A stretch of 62,218 nt of DNA, filler included. It is 16 parts of 16 records of this genome, joined end to end, with 100 filler letters (N's around TTAATTAATTAA, not from the genome) between each part and the next. Parts side by side here need not be neighbours in the genome. Positions count along the whole stretch, not along the records: positions 11,083 to 14,805 come from SRR15195285_17349; positions 14,906 to 18,237 come from SRR15195285_17420; positions 18,338 to 22,406 come from SRR15195285_17435; positions 22,507 to 27,297 come from SRR15195285_17489; 12 more parts are not named here. The stretch is one strand, 5' to 3'. The stretch's first letter is position 1. Each line of letters opens with the position of its first letter. This document shows, piece after piece, positions 11,848 through 22,880 of the stretch. Position numbers and translations under genes: made by a program. A model generated the notes under the pieces. That model saw nothing but the letters and a program-made list of their open reading frames with translations. It was not told where the DNA came from and made no database searches.

Positions 11848-13428
11848 ATGTCGTACGGGCGGTATCTCGAGGCGAAGCGGCTCAACGGCCCTCCCGCCAG
11901 TGCGATTGGGCTGCCGCCGCCACCGCCGCCAGACGCAGCGGAGGGAGGTGTCGGGCAGCTGCTGCGGCGGGTCGCATCGCTGTCGCCGCATGGGTCGCCA
12001 TCCGCCGGGACTGCAGCGGCCTCGCGTGCGGAATTCGACGGCGGCGAGGCGTTGTCTGAGGCCTTGCAGGCCAAAACACTCCGGCTGGGGGAGCTTCAAG
12101 CGGACGACATTGACGCAGCAGGCAGCGTCGGCCCTGGGTCGCCTGGGTCCGAGGCGGCGCGGGAGGAGGAGGGGGGAGAGGGGGAGAGGGAAGACCACCA
12201 TCCGGGCTTGGGCTTGTCGACACCACCGTCGCCAGGACGGACGGGCGTTACGCTGAAGAAAGAAGGCTGGTTGTTGAAAAAGACGTCCACAAAACCTCAC
12301 CGCTGGCAAAAGAGATGGTTCGTGGTCATGACGAAGCAGGAGCACGGACTGGTGGCCTCTAGGACGCTGCAGTACTACACCACCCCTCCAGACCATCCGG
12401 ATATCGAGACAGCGGCCGTTGATCTCGCTGAGCCCAGGCACGCCATTCCTCTGTACGCCGACCGCGTGCTCTCCCGATACGATGGTGTCAAGTTCCGGTT
12501 GATGCCGGGCACTGGTGGTCAGTTTCTGGGCGACAGTGACAAGACGTACGCGTTTCAGGCGGAGAGCGTTCACGATGCGACGAGTTGGGTTTCAGCCCTA
12601 ACTCCCGGGAAGGAAGAACTCGGCGAGTTTCTTCTGGACGCGGCTCAAGAGGGAAACCGCACGGCTGTGACGCACGCGCTGCAGGTCGGAGCTCCTGTCA
12701 ACCACAGAACAGGTCCAGGGTTATCACCACTGCAGTGGGCGTGCGTCAATGGTCACGCCGGCTGTGTCTCGGAGCTGCTCCTCGCGGGGGCGGCAGCGTT
12801 CGGCCCGAGTTCGTGCTCTGAAGATGGCTGGACGCCTGTCCACGCAGCGGCGTACGGCGGCCATGCTTCGGTCGTCGCGCCGTTGATCGTGCATTCAGCT
12901 GATCTGAACGCTGTCGCGGCCGACGGGCGAACAGCGTACGAGCTCGCTGAGGAGCAGGGGCATGCAGATATACTGGCTGAGCTAATGCGGATGCGTGGAC
13001 GCACGCGGCATCATAATGCGTTACATAGCTCCGCGTTCGCTTTCGACGATGAGCAGTCCACAGAGCATGATCTGATGAGATCTGATTTCCGAAGTCAGCC
13101 ACCTGAGTCTGAGTCTGAGTCTGAGCTGTCTGCAGATGGTGGGGACTTCCTTTTCAACACTGGCTTGCAAGGGTCGGCGGCTTTGAACGGCTCGCCGGAG
13201 CAAGACCGTGGTACGTTGTTCTTGCGTAAGAGTTCGGCAGCTGGGGCCCTTCGTGGGCACTCCGCGCGCGCCTGGCTGTCGCCGGAGCAGGACGCGTCGT
13301 CGCTCACCGCCACCACCCCACCATCTTCATCTTTGGCTAGAATGGCTGACGCTCTACCAACAGTTGGCACTCCTGAGAGAAGTCAGCCTGCATCGGCGCG
13401 CGTAGTATCACAAAAAGCCCTCGGATAG
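11848..13428 (+). CDS. PH-domain and ankyrin-repeat protein
   Basis: PH: KKEGWLLKKTSTKPHRWQKRWFVV...YAFQAESVHDATSWVSAL. Ankyrin repeats: GLSPLQWACVNGH, GWTPVHAAAYGGH, GRTAYELAEEQGH. Confidence 0.85.
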   Translation: MSYGRYLEAKRLNGPPASAIGLPPPPPPDAAEGGVGQLLRRVASLSPHGSPSAGTAAASRAEFDGGEALSEALQAKTLRLGELQADDIDAAGSVGPGSPGSEAAREEEGGEGEREDHHPGLGLSTPPSPGRTGVTLKKEGWLLKKTSTKPHRWQKRWFVVMTKQEHGLVASRTLQYYTTPPDHPDIETAAVDLAEPRHAIPLYADRVLSRYDGVKFRLMPGTGGQFLGDSDKTYAFQAESVHDATSWVSALTPGKEELGEFLLDAAQEGNRTAVTHALQVGAPVNHRTGPGLSPLQWACVNGHAGCVSELLLAGAAAFGPSSCSEDGWTPVHAAAYGGHASVVAPLIVHSADLNAVAADGRTAYELAEEQGHADILAELMRMRGRTRHHNALHSSAFAFDDEQSTEHDLMRSDFRSQPPESESESELSADGGDFLFNTGLQGSAALNGSPEQDRGTLFLRKSSAAGALRGHSARAWLSPEQDASSLTATTPPSSSLARMADALPTVGTPERSQPASARVVSQKALG

Positions 13429-13440
13429 GATGGTGTGGAG

Positions 13441-13490
13441 TGAGAGAGAGAGACAGAGAGAGACGCACACACAGAGAGACAGAGAGGAAG
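13441..13490. repeat. (GA)n/(CA)n microsatellite between convergent genes
   Basis: tgagagagagagacagagagagacgcacacacagagagacagagagg. Confidence 0.8.
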
Positions 13491-13575
13491 AGGCAGGGCT
13501 CAGAACTAGATGCCGTACAACGGTGAACAACTGTGAACAGTGGAGATGCATTTCCGGTTTGCCGCTACATACAAT

Positions 13576-14394
13576 TCATCCCTGCACTGCGACCTGCCCT
13601 ATCGGCATTAGCATCCGCATTCCTTGGGGTCTACCGGAAACTCGTAGCACATCCGTGCCGTGTATTCTGTCGGCCAGACCCCTACCGCCCCAGAGCAACG
13701 GGAAGCAATTGGCAAAGCACGGCAAGGTAGAGACCAGTGAGGTTAGCTCGCGCTGACAGCCACGTTGAAGCGTCAGCGGCTTGCCGTCTTGCCGCACCAC
13801 CTGACCAGGCGAAACGAGTTTAGCTGGAGCGGCGATGCACAGTTGCGTACGACTCACCTGCAACTCCATATAGCGCTTTCCGAATGACTGTCCCGGCCAG
13901 ACGAATGTCATTTGCACTGTCGGCAGGGCCATGACAAAGGCGGTGATGAGGCCGGGATAGCGGCCGTTGCACAATCTGCCGAACAGTGCGCCGACGCATA
14001 CTTGCATAATCATGTCGATGAAACGAGCTATACCGCGGCACGTAATGCTGGGTGCCCGACGGATGGCGACTGGCGGCGGCGGCTGTGACGGCGGCGTGTG
14101 CTGCGACAGCGGCGGCGGCGGCGGCGGCAGTGACTGGCACCCAACCGAGGTGGGCTGGCTGGCCGCACACCCAGCGAGCGAAGCGACCACGCAAGTTGCT
14201 CGCCCAGCGATCCGTGCTGCAACCTGCCGCCGCTTGGGCCCCGCTGCTTGGCAGCCACGACACCTTACAACGCCCGGCTGCTCTGAGCAGCGCCGCCGCA
14301 GCACGCGCCCCGCGGTCTGAGCAGCAGCTCGCAGCGCCACCCGCTCCATCGAATGCCATGCCACTGCAGCTCTCGTGCTGCGCAGCGCTGCCAT
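13576..14394 (-). CDS. RDD-family membrane protein, possibly organelle-targeted; intron 13801-13857
   Basis: RDD motifs RGIARFID, GQSFGK and RGLADRIHGTDV. Removing a stop-free 57-nt GTGAGT...CAG intron restores the family-typical LQVVRQDG. Arg/Ala-rich N-terminus. Confidence 0.7.
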   Translation of the reverse strand: MAALRSTRAAVAWHSMERVALRAAAQTAGRVLRRRCSEQPGVVRCRGCQAAGPKRRQVAARIAGRATCVVASLAGCAASQPTSVGCQSLPPPPPPLSQHTPPSQPPPPVAIRRAPSITCRGIARFIDMIMQVCVGALFGRLCNGRYPGLITAFVMALPTVQMTFVWPGQSFGKRYMELQVSRTQLCIAAPAKLVSPGQVVRQDGKPLTLQRGCQRELTSLVSTLPCFANCFPLLWGGRGLADRIHGTDVLRVSGRPQGMRMLMPIGQVAVQG

Positions 14395-14905
14395 CCCCCG
14401 CGAGGGTTTACGTTTAGGGTGGCGAGCTTGAGCACCGACGGCTGCACTCCGACGCCGCGGACGGATCCGTCCTGCCCTGAGGATTATATCCAATTCAGGA
14501 TCATGACTGTCTCGTGTCTGTCTCACTCGCTCATCCGGTCACTACTGTTCATGCAGCAGTTCATGTGCCCAGGTTAGACCGTACATAATTCCCGGCCGAA
14601 CGTTCCGAAAAAGTACGAGTCCATTAGTGCAGCTTTCGTTTGCACGGTGTATTAGACATACTGACGAAGTCGTTTTTGTTTGCACAGTGGAGCTGGATAA
14701 TTCCGTCTAAAACCCCATTCGATTTCCGCTGGACCCTTCTCCAAAAATTGAGGTGAGCAGGTCTGCTCGCCAGTGCAGTCACAGGCTGGGTTGGAATCGT
14801 GTGGANNNNNNNNNNNNNNNNNNNNNNNNNNNNNNNNNNNNNNNNNNNNTTAATTAATTAANNNNNNNNNNNNNNNNNNNNNNNNNNNNNNNNNNNNNNN
14901 NNNNN

Positions 14906-15884
14906 CCTTCACCTTCTTACGTGCCTAAGCCGCCCCCCAGCCCGCCCCCGCCGTACTACCCCAGCCCACCACCGCCGTACTACCCGGGCTCGTACTGGCC
15001 ATCCGCAACCCCCTACTATCCATCAGTGCCGAGCACTGGTCAACCTGGTCAATCTCAGCCGTCGCCAGCACCAGCACCATCACCATCACCACAGAAACCA
15101 GGGCAAGTTGCCCCCACCGAGCTGGGCGGGGCGATGGTGGTCCTGGACCAGCTGAGCGTGTCGAAGGATGGTTACTCTACCTTCATGGTATCATTGGACC
15201 TAGACTCGTCCAAGATCTCAAACGTTTACGCGATCTTCGGTGATGAGGGGGCGGAAATGACATTCCCAGCAGCGTTTCAGCTGGACGATCCGTGGGGGTC
15301 GAACGTCGGGCCTGTATGCAATTGCCCCTCCGCCCGCCCACCCCACCCACCCACACACACCTACTCCCGGCCAAGGCTGCGACGGGTTCAAATGTGTTGG
15401 CCCTTTCTCACTACGTTGGATCTTTGTGCTGTGTTGCTAGACAAACCCGCAATTGTGGTCAGTCAATCCCGACAGTCAGTTCGATTCGTTTTTGACGATC
15501 GGCCTGGACGAACCCGCAATGGCTGACGGTGCGCTTGGCGATATCGGCCTTGACTTCTCAACGTGGACAGAAACCACGGCCCTCTCAACTGACAGCGGAG
15601 CCGTATTCATGGTCGACCCGAGCAACGGCGCAACAACTTTGCCGTGTACAGTGGCTGTACTCACAGTTCCCGATGGCTCAACATTCAGCGGTCGGCTCAA
15701 CGCGCGAGGCCAGTCACAGGCAGGAGAGTGGGAAGCGAGGGGCTTAGAGTTTTCAGAAGTTGGTGGCGTAGCAGCTCAGACTGTCAAGGATCCTCACGCT
15801 AAGAACGACGCGAATGGCCTTGTCAAACCAGATGCGACTGTCAAACCAGATTCAACTGTCAAACCAGGTACAACTGACCCTTAA
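14906..15884 (+). CDS. Extracellular protein C-terminus: Pro/Tyr-rich (extensin-like) stalk plus a beta-rich 'DSFLTIG' domain (5'-partial); intron 15314-15440
   Basis: SPPPPYY repeats. Domain NVYAIFG...PAAFQ...GSNVGP|TNPQ...FDSFLTIG...GAVF joined by a phase-0 GTATGC...CTAG intron. Three VKP[DG] repeats at the end. Confidence 0.6.
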
Positions 15885-16015
15885 ATAGTGTGTACCTAAT
15901 GGTATGATGATGGTATGATGATTGTGGATTATCTTGTTGTTACTGCCGTTCGGTGCATTCGAGCGAATGGGACACTGTCGCTGCAGTGTCCAGTGGATCT
16001 AATCTCCGCGCAAAG

Positions 16016-18237
16016 CTAAGCGCCCGTGGCGACGTCACCTTCGGGTAGGTCATCAAACGCGTCATCACCACTATCGTCGCTCGAGTCGCCATGCCGCGCG
16101 TGTAGCTCCTGTACTGTTAGTCGACGTGGGGGTTCGTCAGACTGTCTTCCACCCGAGGCATGTGATGCATCCGTTCCTTTTTTCTTGCGATTCGGTGTGT
16201 CCGGTTTTGCCATCAAGTCAGCAGGAAGCTCGACGTCCAGCATAGCTGTATGCCGACACAGCGTGTCAGATTGTTGTGATTATCTGGCTTGGATCAAAGA
16301 CTGCGCGATTGGTTGGCTGTGCATCGGATGTGAACAGCACACGCACCTAACACCTCAACTATCTTCTCCCACTCCTCAGCAGTGCTAGGAATGTGGTCGT
16401 CATGTTCTGCGAACGCAATGAACTCGTCCCACCCGATTTTGTGACCCAGTCCTTTCGACTGGAGAGACCATACCAACGTGCGCACGGGCTGTGAATGACC
16501 GAAGAGAGTCGTTGCGATACCTTCGTACGTAGATGCATCGATCGCCCCAACCATCTGCGCAAATACAGACTGATCGGTCAGAACATGGAAGAGGATATGC
16601 GTATTGCTAGCAGCGCAACAAAAAGTTCAATGGGTGTCAGTCCGTGCTTGTCACGCTTGTCGACAAAGGGCAATACTATGCCGATGCGCCCCCGCCACGC
16701 CCTCCCCCCCCGCCCGCCGTCCGCGCCCCGGTCCTTACGTCTTTGTCAAACTTGTTGAATATTTCGCGGAATACCGGACGCAAGGCGATATACCTTCGCC
16801 TGTACGTAAGGCCTTGGATCTGCTGCGTCATCTCCTCTTCCTTCGCGTGCAGATCTGCTGCCGCCATGCCCTCAATCGCGGCACCGCTGTCCAGCCCGAG
16901 GCTGAAGCCTCCACCTGACCCAGTTGTTCCTACTACAACGGCATGGCGCCATGCACGGACGACACTCCGTAAATCCTTCTGCTGCCAGATCGTAACCATC
17001 CGCGACGCCACCCGAAGCGAATGCTTCCGCTGCGCAGCTTCAGCCTTACTCATCCTCGCAAGAGATGTCTGCAACGACGCCATTTCTGCCTTAGCCTTCT
17101 CCGCTGCCGCGGCATTCTCGACATTCGCCGACGCAAGCGCACCCTCTACCGTTGCCAAGCTGGCTGCGCTCGCAGAAAGTTCCTCCTTCAGGCGTGCAAT
17201 CTCTGCTTCAGCGTTTGCCTTGTACTCCTGTGCGGACTTCTCGCGCTCACGAAGCGTCGCGAGCTCACGCTCTAGCTCGATCGTATTCGCGCTGCTCTCT
17301 GCTGTGCCCTTCGCGTCAATTACATCTTGCAGTAGCTTGGTTTTTTCCTTGTCGAACCGAGACTCCGCGGCAGCCCTCTCGGCTTCCATGGTCTTGATCG
17401 TCAGGTCCTTTTCAAGCGCAGTGACTTGCAACCTCAGGGCTGTGAGCTCCTCTGTCTTTTGTGCTAGCGATTCGGTAGTTGTTGCGAGCTCAGCTTTGGT
17501 TGAAGCGAGTGCCTCCCGCTGCTCGTCCGCCTTTGCAATCGTGGCAGCCACCTCCGCGCGACGGCTTTCCGGAGTGCCCTCTCCGGACGCACTCGTTCGC
17601 AAGGTTTCCATTTCTGTCTGGAGGCTCTCGATGTTCTTGTCTAAAACTGCCACCGCCGCCTCATGCGCTGCTTCTTCTTTGGCTGAGGCCACTTTGAACG
17701 CCTGAAGCTCTTTCTCCGTGGCCGCGAGCAGGCTGGTCGCCTCCTTCTTTTCCGCAGCTGTTTCTGCCACCTGTGACTCCAAATTACGCACGCGCTCTTC
17801 TAGCACTGCTACATCCCTCTCCTGCTCCGCAGATGCTACGTCTGCGCGATTCGTTAGCTGGTCCTTCACAGCCGACTTGTCCTGCTCTAGTCGCTCTACA
17901 ATTTTTGAAAGCCGCTCGTTCTCTGCGGAGGCAAGCTCGGCCTTCACCTTGAATGTGCTGATCTCTGCCTCCGCACGGACTGACGCAATCTCCGCCGCGT
18001 TCTCCAGCTCTGTTTCCTTCGCAGTGCCAGTTCGCTCGAGCTCTGCGCAACGTGTCTCAGCTTCTCGCAGCTGCTTCGCCATTGTCGTCTTGAGCTCAGC
18101 GAGCTCAGCTGAGTCCTCCGATGCCTGGCTGCGCAGCTCCTCAAGTTTGCGCTCGCTCGCCTGAGCCTGCTGTGTTGCTTCAGTCAATTTCGTTTTGAGT
18201 CCTTCTTCCTCAGTTGCAGCTGCATCCTTAGTCAACT
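16016..18237 (-). CDS. Long coiled-coil protein with a degenerate C-terminal EF-hand pair (5'-partial); exons 16739-18237, 16347-16554, 16016-16245
   Basis: About 400 aa of E/A/K/L heptad-rich sequence. FREIFNKFDKD|MVGAID...KIGWDEF. Introns 16555-16738 (phase 0) and 16246-16346 (phase 1) join in frame. Confidence 0.65.
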
Positions 18238-18337
18238 NNNNNNNNNNNNNNNNNNNNNNNNNNNNNNNNNNNNNNNNNNNNTTAATTAATTAANNNNNNN
18301 NNNNNNNNNNNNNNNNNNNNNNNNNNNNNNNNNNNNN

Positions 18338-18366
18338 GCTGGCTGGCTGGCTGGCTGGCTGGCTGG
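18338..18366. repeat. (GCTG)n microsatellite at the contig start
   Basis: gctggctggctggctggctggctggctgg. Other contigs also break at simple repeats (GCG at 30969-30996, CTGTTG at 46079-46107, CAG near 22380-22406). Confidence 0.85.
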
Positions 18367-18468
18367 CGGGTGGCTGTGTGCCCGCAGCAGCCGGACGAGA
18401 TGGAGTGCTGCCCCGCGCTGCCTGCTGCCGTGTGCCTGAAAATCAAGGCCTGAGGAACATCCACCACG

Positions 18469-21400
18469 ATGGCCACGACGGGGCCGGCGCCAGCACCGGA
18501 GCCGGAGCCGCGGCCGGAGGTGGTGGAGGTGGAGGTGGGGGTGGAGGAGGAGGACGGCGGCGGCGGCGGCGGCGCCGATGGGCCCCGCCCAAGCTGGATG
18601 TCCCCGAGTCTGGGTGTCAAGCAGTCGACGCAGGCGCCGCGCGTGGAGCAGCTGGAGCAGCTGGAGCCACTGTTCGTGGTGGACGAGTTGGAGCAGCAGG
18701 AACCGCCTGACGTCCCGACGACCGACGAGCAGCGCGTGGTGGTCGAGCTTGATCTGATCGGCCAGATCGCCGCGCTTCAGCGCAAGCTTGACGCCGCGAT
18801 GCAGCCGGAAGCGCAGGACGACGTGGACCAGGAGGAGGCTCTGCAAGCCATCCTTGAGGACCCGCCACTGCCGACACAGGGCGGCCCCTCACGCGTCCTG
18901 CTTCTGACCTACCAGCTTCCCGTCCAGTGCTTCCGCGACGAGCATGGGACCATCCAGTGGACCCCCACTAGCGGCGAAGCCAACCTTGCACATGCAATGG
19001 CCGGAGTACCGGACTCCACAGAGGTGGTCTGGTTCGGGCAGATTAACGAGGCTGACACAGGTGACATCCGGGAGGACGAGAAAGCCGACCTCGGTGCGCG
19101 TACATGTCTCGCCGCCGGTCTGATTTCTTCAGCGCGCGTGCGTGTAAAATGCGTTTCTCTGTGCACTGACTGGCCTTTTCTGTCCTGCGCAGTCAAACAG
19201 TTGCGCACAGCAGATTCACGGTTCTCTATGGTTCCCGTCTTTCTGCCGAAGGCAACCGTTGAGAAATGGTATGATATCTACTGCCTGAAAGTTTTGTGGC
19301 CGACGTTTCATTACATGGAGGTGAACATCAGCCAAGCCCTCAGCGACCACGGCTGTTTCCAGGCTTACGTGGAGGCGAACGCAGCGTATGCGGCGGCAGT
19401 ACGCACGGAGTGGAAGTCCAGTGACCTGCTCTGGGTCATCAACTACGAGCTGCTGCTTGTTCCGCAGCAGCTGCGGCGGCGGATACGGGACGTTCGTGTT
19501 GGCCTCTTTGTGCACTGCCCGTGGCCGTCGAACGAGATTTTTCGCTCAGTGCCCAACACAAAGGAAATTCTGGAGGGAATGCTAGGCGCGGACATCGTCG
19601 GTTTTCACAACTTCAGCTTCTCACGACACTTCCTGAGCTCGTGCATGCGGATCCTTGGTGTGGACGCATCAATCGACAGCGTCGAGTATAAAAAGCACAC
19701 CACGTCAGTCAAGATCTTCTCTCTTGGTACTGACCCTGATATTTGGGAAAACATGCTCGACCAAGATCCAGTACACGCGCGATTGGAGCAGTTGCGCCAT
19801 AGTTTCAAAGACAAGAAGGTGATGCTCGGCGTAGATGCGTTAGATTACATCAAAGGCATCCCGCTAAAGCTGCATGCGTTCGAAAAGCTGCTTGCAAGCA
19901 ACCCAGAGCTGGTTGGTTCGGTGGTGCTGGTGCAAGTTGCCTACCCCCCTTGGTGGTGGAGAGCCAGTCAGAATCGTCGAAGCGCATCTTCCTCCAGTAT
20001 TGCGCAGCCATCGGAAACTAGAGAGTATGCAATGCTCAGAATGGAGGTGAATCGGCTCGTTGGCAGGATCAACGGTGCATATGGCACAGCTACGTATCAA
20101 CCAGTCTACTACATCAACAAGTTCGTGAGTATGGTCGAGCTCACTGCGTTGTATCGAGTGGCTGATGCGGCAGTCGTCACCTGCATCCGAGAAGGCATCA
20201 ACCTCATCTGCCAAGAGTTTGTGTGTTGTCAGCCGAAGGATATGCCTGAGGCTGGCCAAATGGACGAGGGTGACCAACGTCAGGGCGTCCTGATCATCTC
20301 GGAGTTTTCTGGTTCTGTCCGAACCCTCGCCGCTGGAGCATTGCAGGTCAACCCTTGGCACGCAGACCAAGTCGCGACGTCGATGCTCCAAGTCATTAAC
20401 ATGTCTGCTTACGAGCGAAAAATTCGTTTCGACACAGTGAACAATTACGTGCGTGAACATACGGCACGCTTGTGGGCCTTGCATCTTTGCACTGAGCTTC
20501 AGCAAGTTATCCCACCATCAATGCTTTTATCGATGGTGCTTCCAGCCTTTAAGGATCGAGCAGCTGATGTCTATACGGCATTGTCGCGCTCCCGGCCGGC
20601 GAGGCTGTTCATTTTCGACTACGATGCCTCATATTTGCACAAGTCGAAAAAAGGCGGCCCGAAGACTATGACACGTAGAGCTGAGCCGTCAGTTGGGTTT
20701 CTTTCGCTGATTGAAGTGCTGTGCCAGGTTTCATCGAACGTTGTAGTAATCATCAGTTGTCGGTCCAGTGACGAGATGACGCAGTGGTTCGGGCGTACTC
20801 GTGCAGTGCTGGCCTCAGAACGTGGCTGCTACTTGCGCCTACCGTTCGCGCTTCCAGACCCAGAAGACACTGCGTCGGATGAAACGCCAATAGTGGAGCA
20901 ACAAGAGCAACAGGGAAACCTCGGCAAGCAAACGCAGGAAGTAGAAGTGGCCCGTCAAGATCGACTAGCAAACATTATGCGTCAGGGGTCGTCAAGTGAA
21001 TTAGAAACTGACTCACCCGTATTAAAATCTAAGCAGGAACCAAAAGCTCTCCCGCAACGATCACTGGCACAGAGGTCGGTATCAGAATCAATAGACACCG
21101 ATCAGACGAGCCCAGGCATGCTTGATTGGGCGTGGCACCCACTGCTTGACATGGAGCAGCAAGGCTTTGAAGACGCAGCTTTGAAAGAGAAGGTGCTGAG
21201 CTTGCTGCGGCATTACGAAGAGCGTACCCCTGGTTCGTTCATAATGGAGAGGCAGTCAAGCGTCGTTTATCAGTTCCACGAAACGGACCCCGAGTATGCA
21301 TCTTGGCAGTCTAAGGAGCTGACGTCGTTGCTGCACGACGTCTTGGCGAATGCACCTTTGGAAGTTGTGTCAGGCTCGAAGTTTATTGAGGTCCGCACAA

Positions 21401-22406
21401 TGGGTGTAACCCAGGAGCTTGTCATGGAGAACGTGTTGCAGTCATATGGCCGTGTACTGCAACTACAGAGATTAGTGGATGATACAGATGACAAAGGATA
21501 TACAATCAACGCACTGTTGGATTTGCGATTGGCGGCCGCCAAGGCAATTGCTGCTGCGCACATGGCAAGCAGTGGAACGGAGAGCATCTCGCGCATTTTG
21601 CCAGGATTCGTATTCTCGTTGGGCACCGACTCAGCGGGCATAGGTGAAGCCCACGGAGAAGAGATCGTTGAGGCACTGCGAGAAAGATGTGCGAACCACG
21701 TTCCTCTTTCGGAGGCAGCAGCGGCGCTCGACGTAGCCACAGGATCAGCGTCCCAGGAGTTCGCCGAAGCAGGTGTCGATTCCAATCTTGCTGCGGAGAA
21801 TGGCGATCTGGTGGCTCCTGCTCCAGCTGTGCAACAAGTCAGAACTATGCTTCCAAGCGATGCAGCGATCTTTGCTGTGACGGTTGGGAGCCGCACACGT
21901 AAGGCAGACAGTAGTATGCCAGAGGCAGTGGCAGGTTCTTCTGCCGCTGCGAGTGCACCATACCGGACAAGCGGTCTCATGGAAATGCATGCACCCAAGT
22001 GGGAAGAGGCAGCGCAGATTCTGGATTCTGTGGCCACGTACCATCATCAATGGTCATCTGCCCAAGCACTCGATACGACTACGCCGCCGAGTGAGCAACT
22101 GCAGCCACTTTCACTACTTGGAACAACGCCTCTCGGCCAGTCCCACATGAATCCGCCGCAGAATATTGTGGGAATGGCCATGGGAAGTGGGGTTGCGCCA
22201 GGTACTACACAACCCATTCACGGACATGGACTGCCCTATGCGCCAACTGCTAGCCATGCGTTGGCCGGGGTAGGTGGGTTTGTCAATCATCATCAGCAGA
22301 AGCAAGAGCAGCACGAGCAACAGGGAGAAGCAGACCGTCAGCCGCAGCCGCAGCTGCAGCCACCGCAGCCGTCACCGCAGCAGCAGCAGCAGGAGGAGGA
22401 GCAGCA
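18469..22406 (+). CDS. Trehalose-6-phosphate synthase/phosphatase (GT20 + HAD) fusion with degenerate catalytic motifs (3'-truncated); intron 19094-19192
   Basis: LWPTFHY, YVEANAAYA, GLFVHCPWPSNEIFR, LGADIVGFH, LDYIKGIPLKL, EGINL, ISEFSG, VNPW. TPP domain FIFDYD, ASERG, ERTPGSFI, FIEVR. Stop-free 99-nt GTGCGC...CGCAG intron. Confidence 0.92.
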
Positions 22407-22880
22407 NNNNNNNNNNNNNNNNNNNNNNNNNNNNNNNNNNNNNNNNNNNNTTAATTAATTAANNNNNNNNNNNNNNNNNNNNNNNNNNNNNNNNNNNNNN
22501 NNNNNNAGGAGCGGTGAGGATCATCACCCAATACATACCACGTGTTAGTTTTCTATCGTCGCCCAACTCGGCTATATTGACTCGCATCGTAGATGCCGGG
22601 AGCTGCCTCCTGTTCATCGTGAACTCCATCTTCAACTTCATCCTGCCAGTCTCGAGCGCTCCAGACGAGCGGGGTTTCAAAAATCCCCCTATGTAGGGGT
22701 TTCAGGAATTCCCGAGTAGGATCCCAGCCAGTCTCCCAGTAAAAAAACAGATTGCATGTAATGAATGCGCAAGCTTTGGCTGCAGCTAGACAAGAGAGAG
22801 ACACAGACAGAGATCCATACATTACACACACAGATAAATGCACATGACTTGGTCATTAAAGCCCTCTAAGCCCACCACCT

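Noticed and set aside
16644-17705. Long + strand ORF (353 aa) and similar shadow ORFs such as 36981-38207, 54644-55462 and 55407-56210
   Set aside because: Antisense shadows of real genes in GC-rich DNA, with no recognisable motifs.
22507-22843. Short ORFs on both strands at a contig start (also 38950-39144 and 50080-50273)
   Set aside because: No recognisable domain, and the strand and frame cannot be decided.
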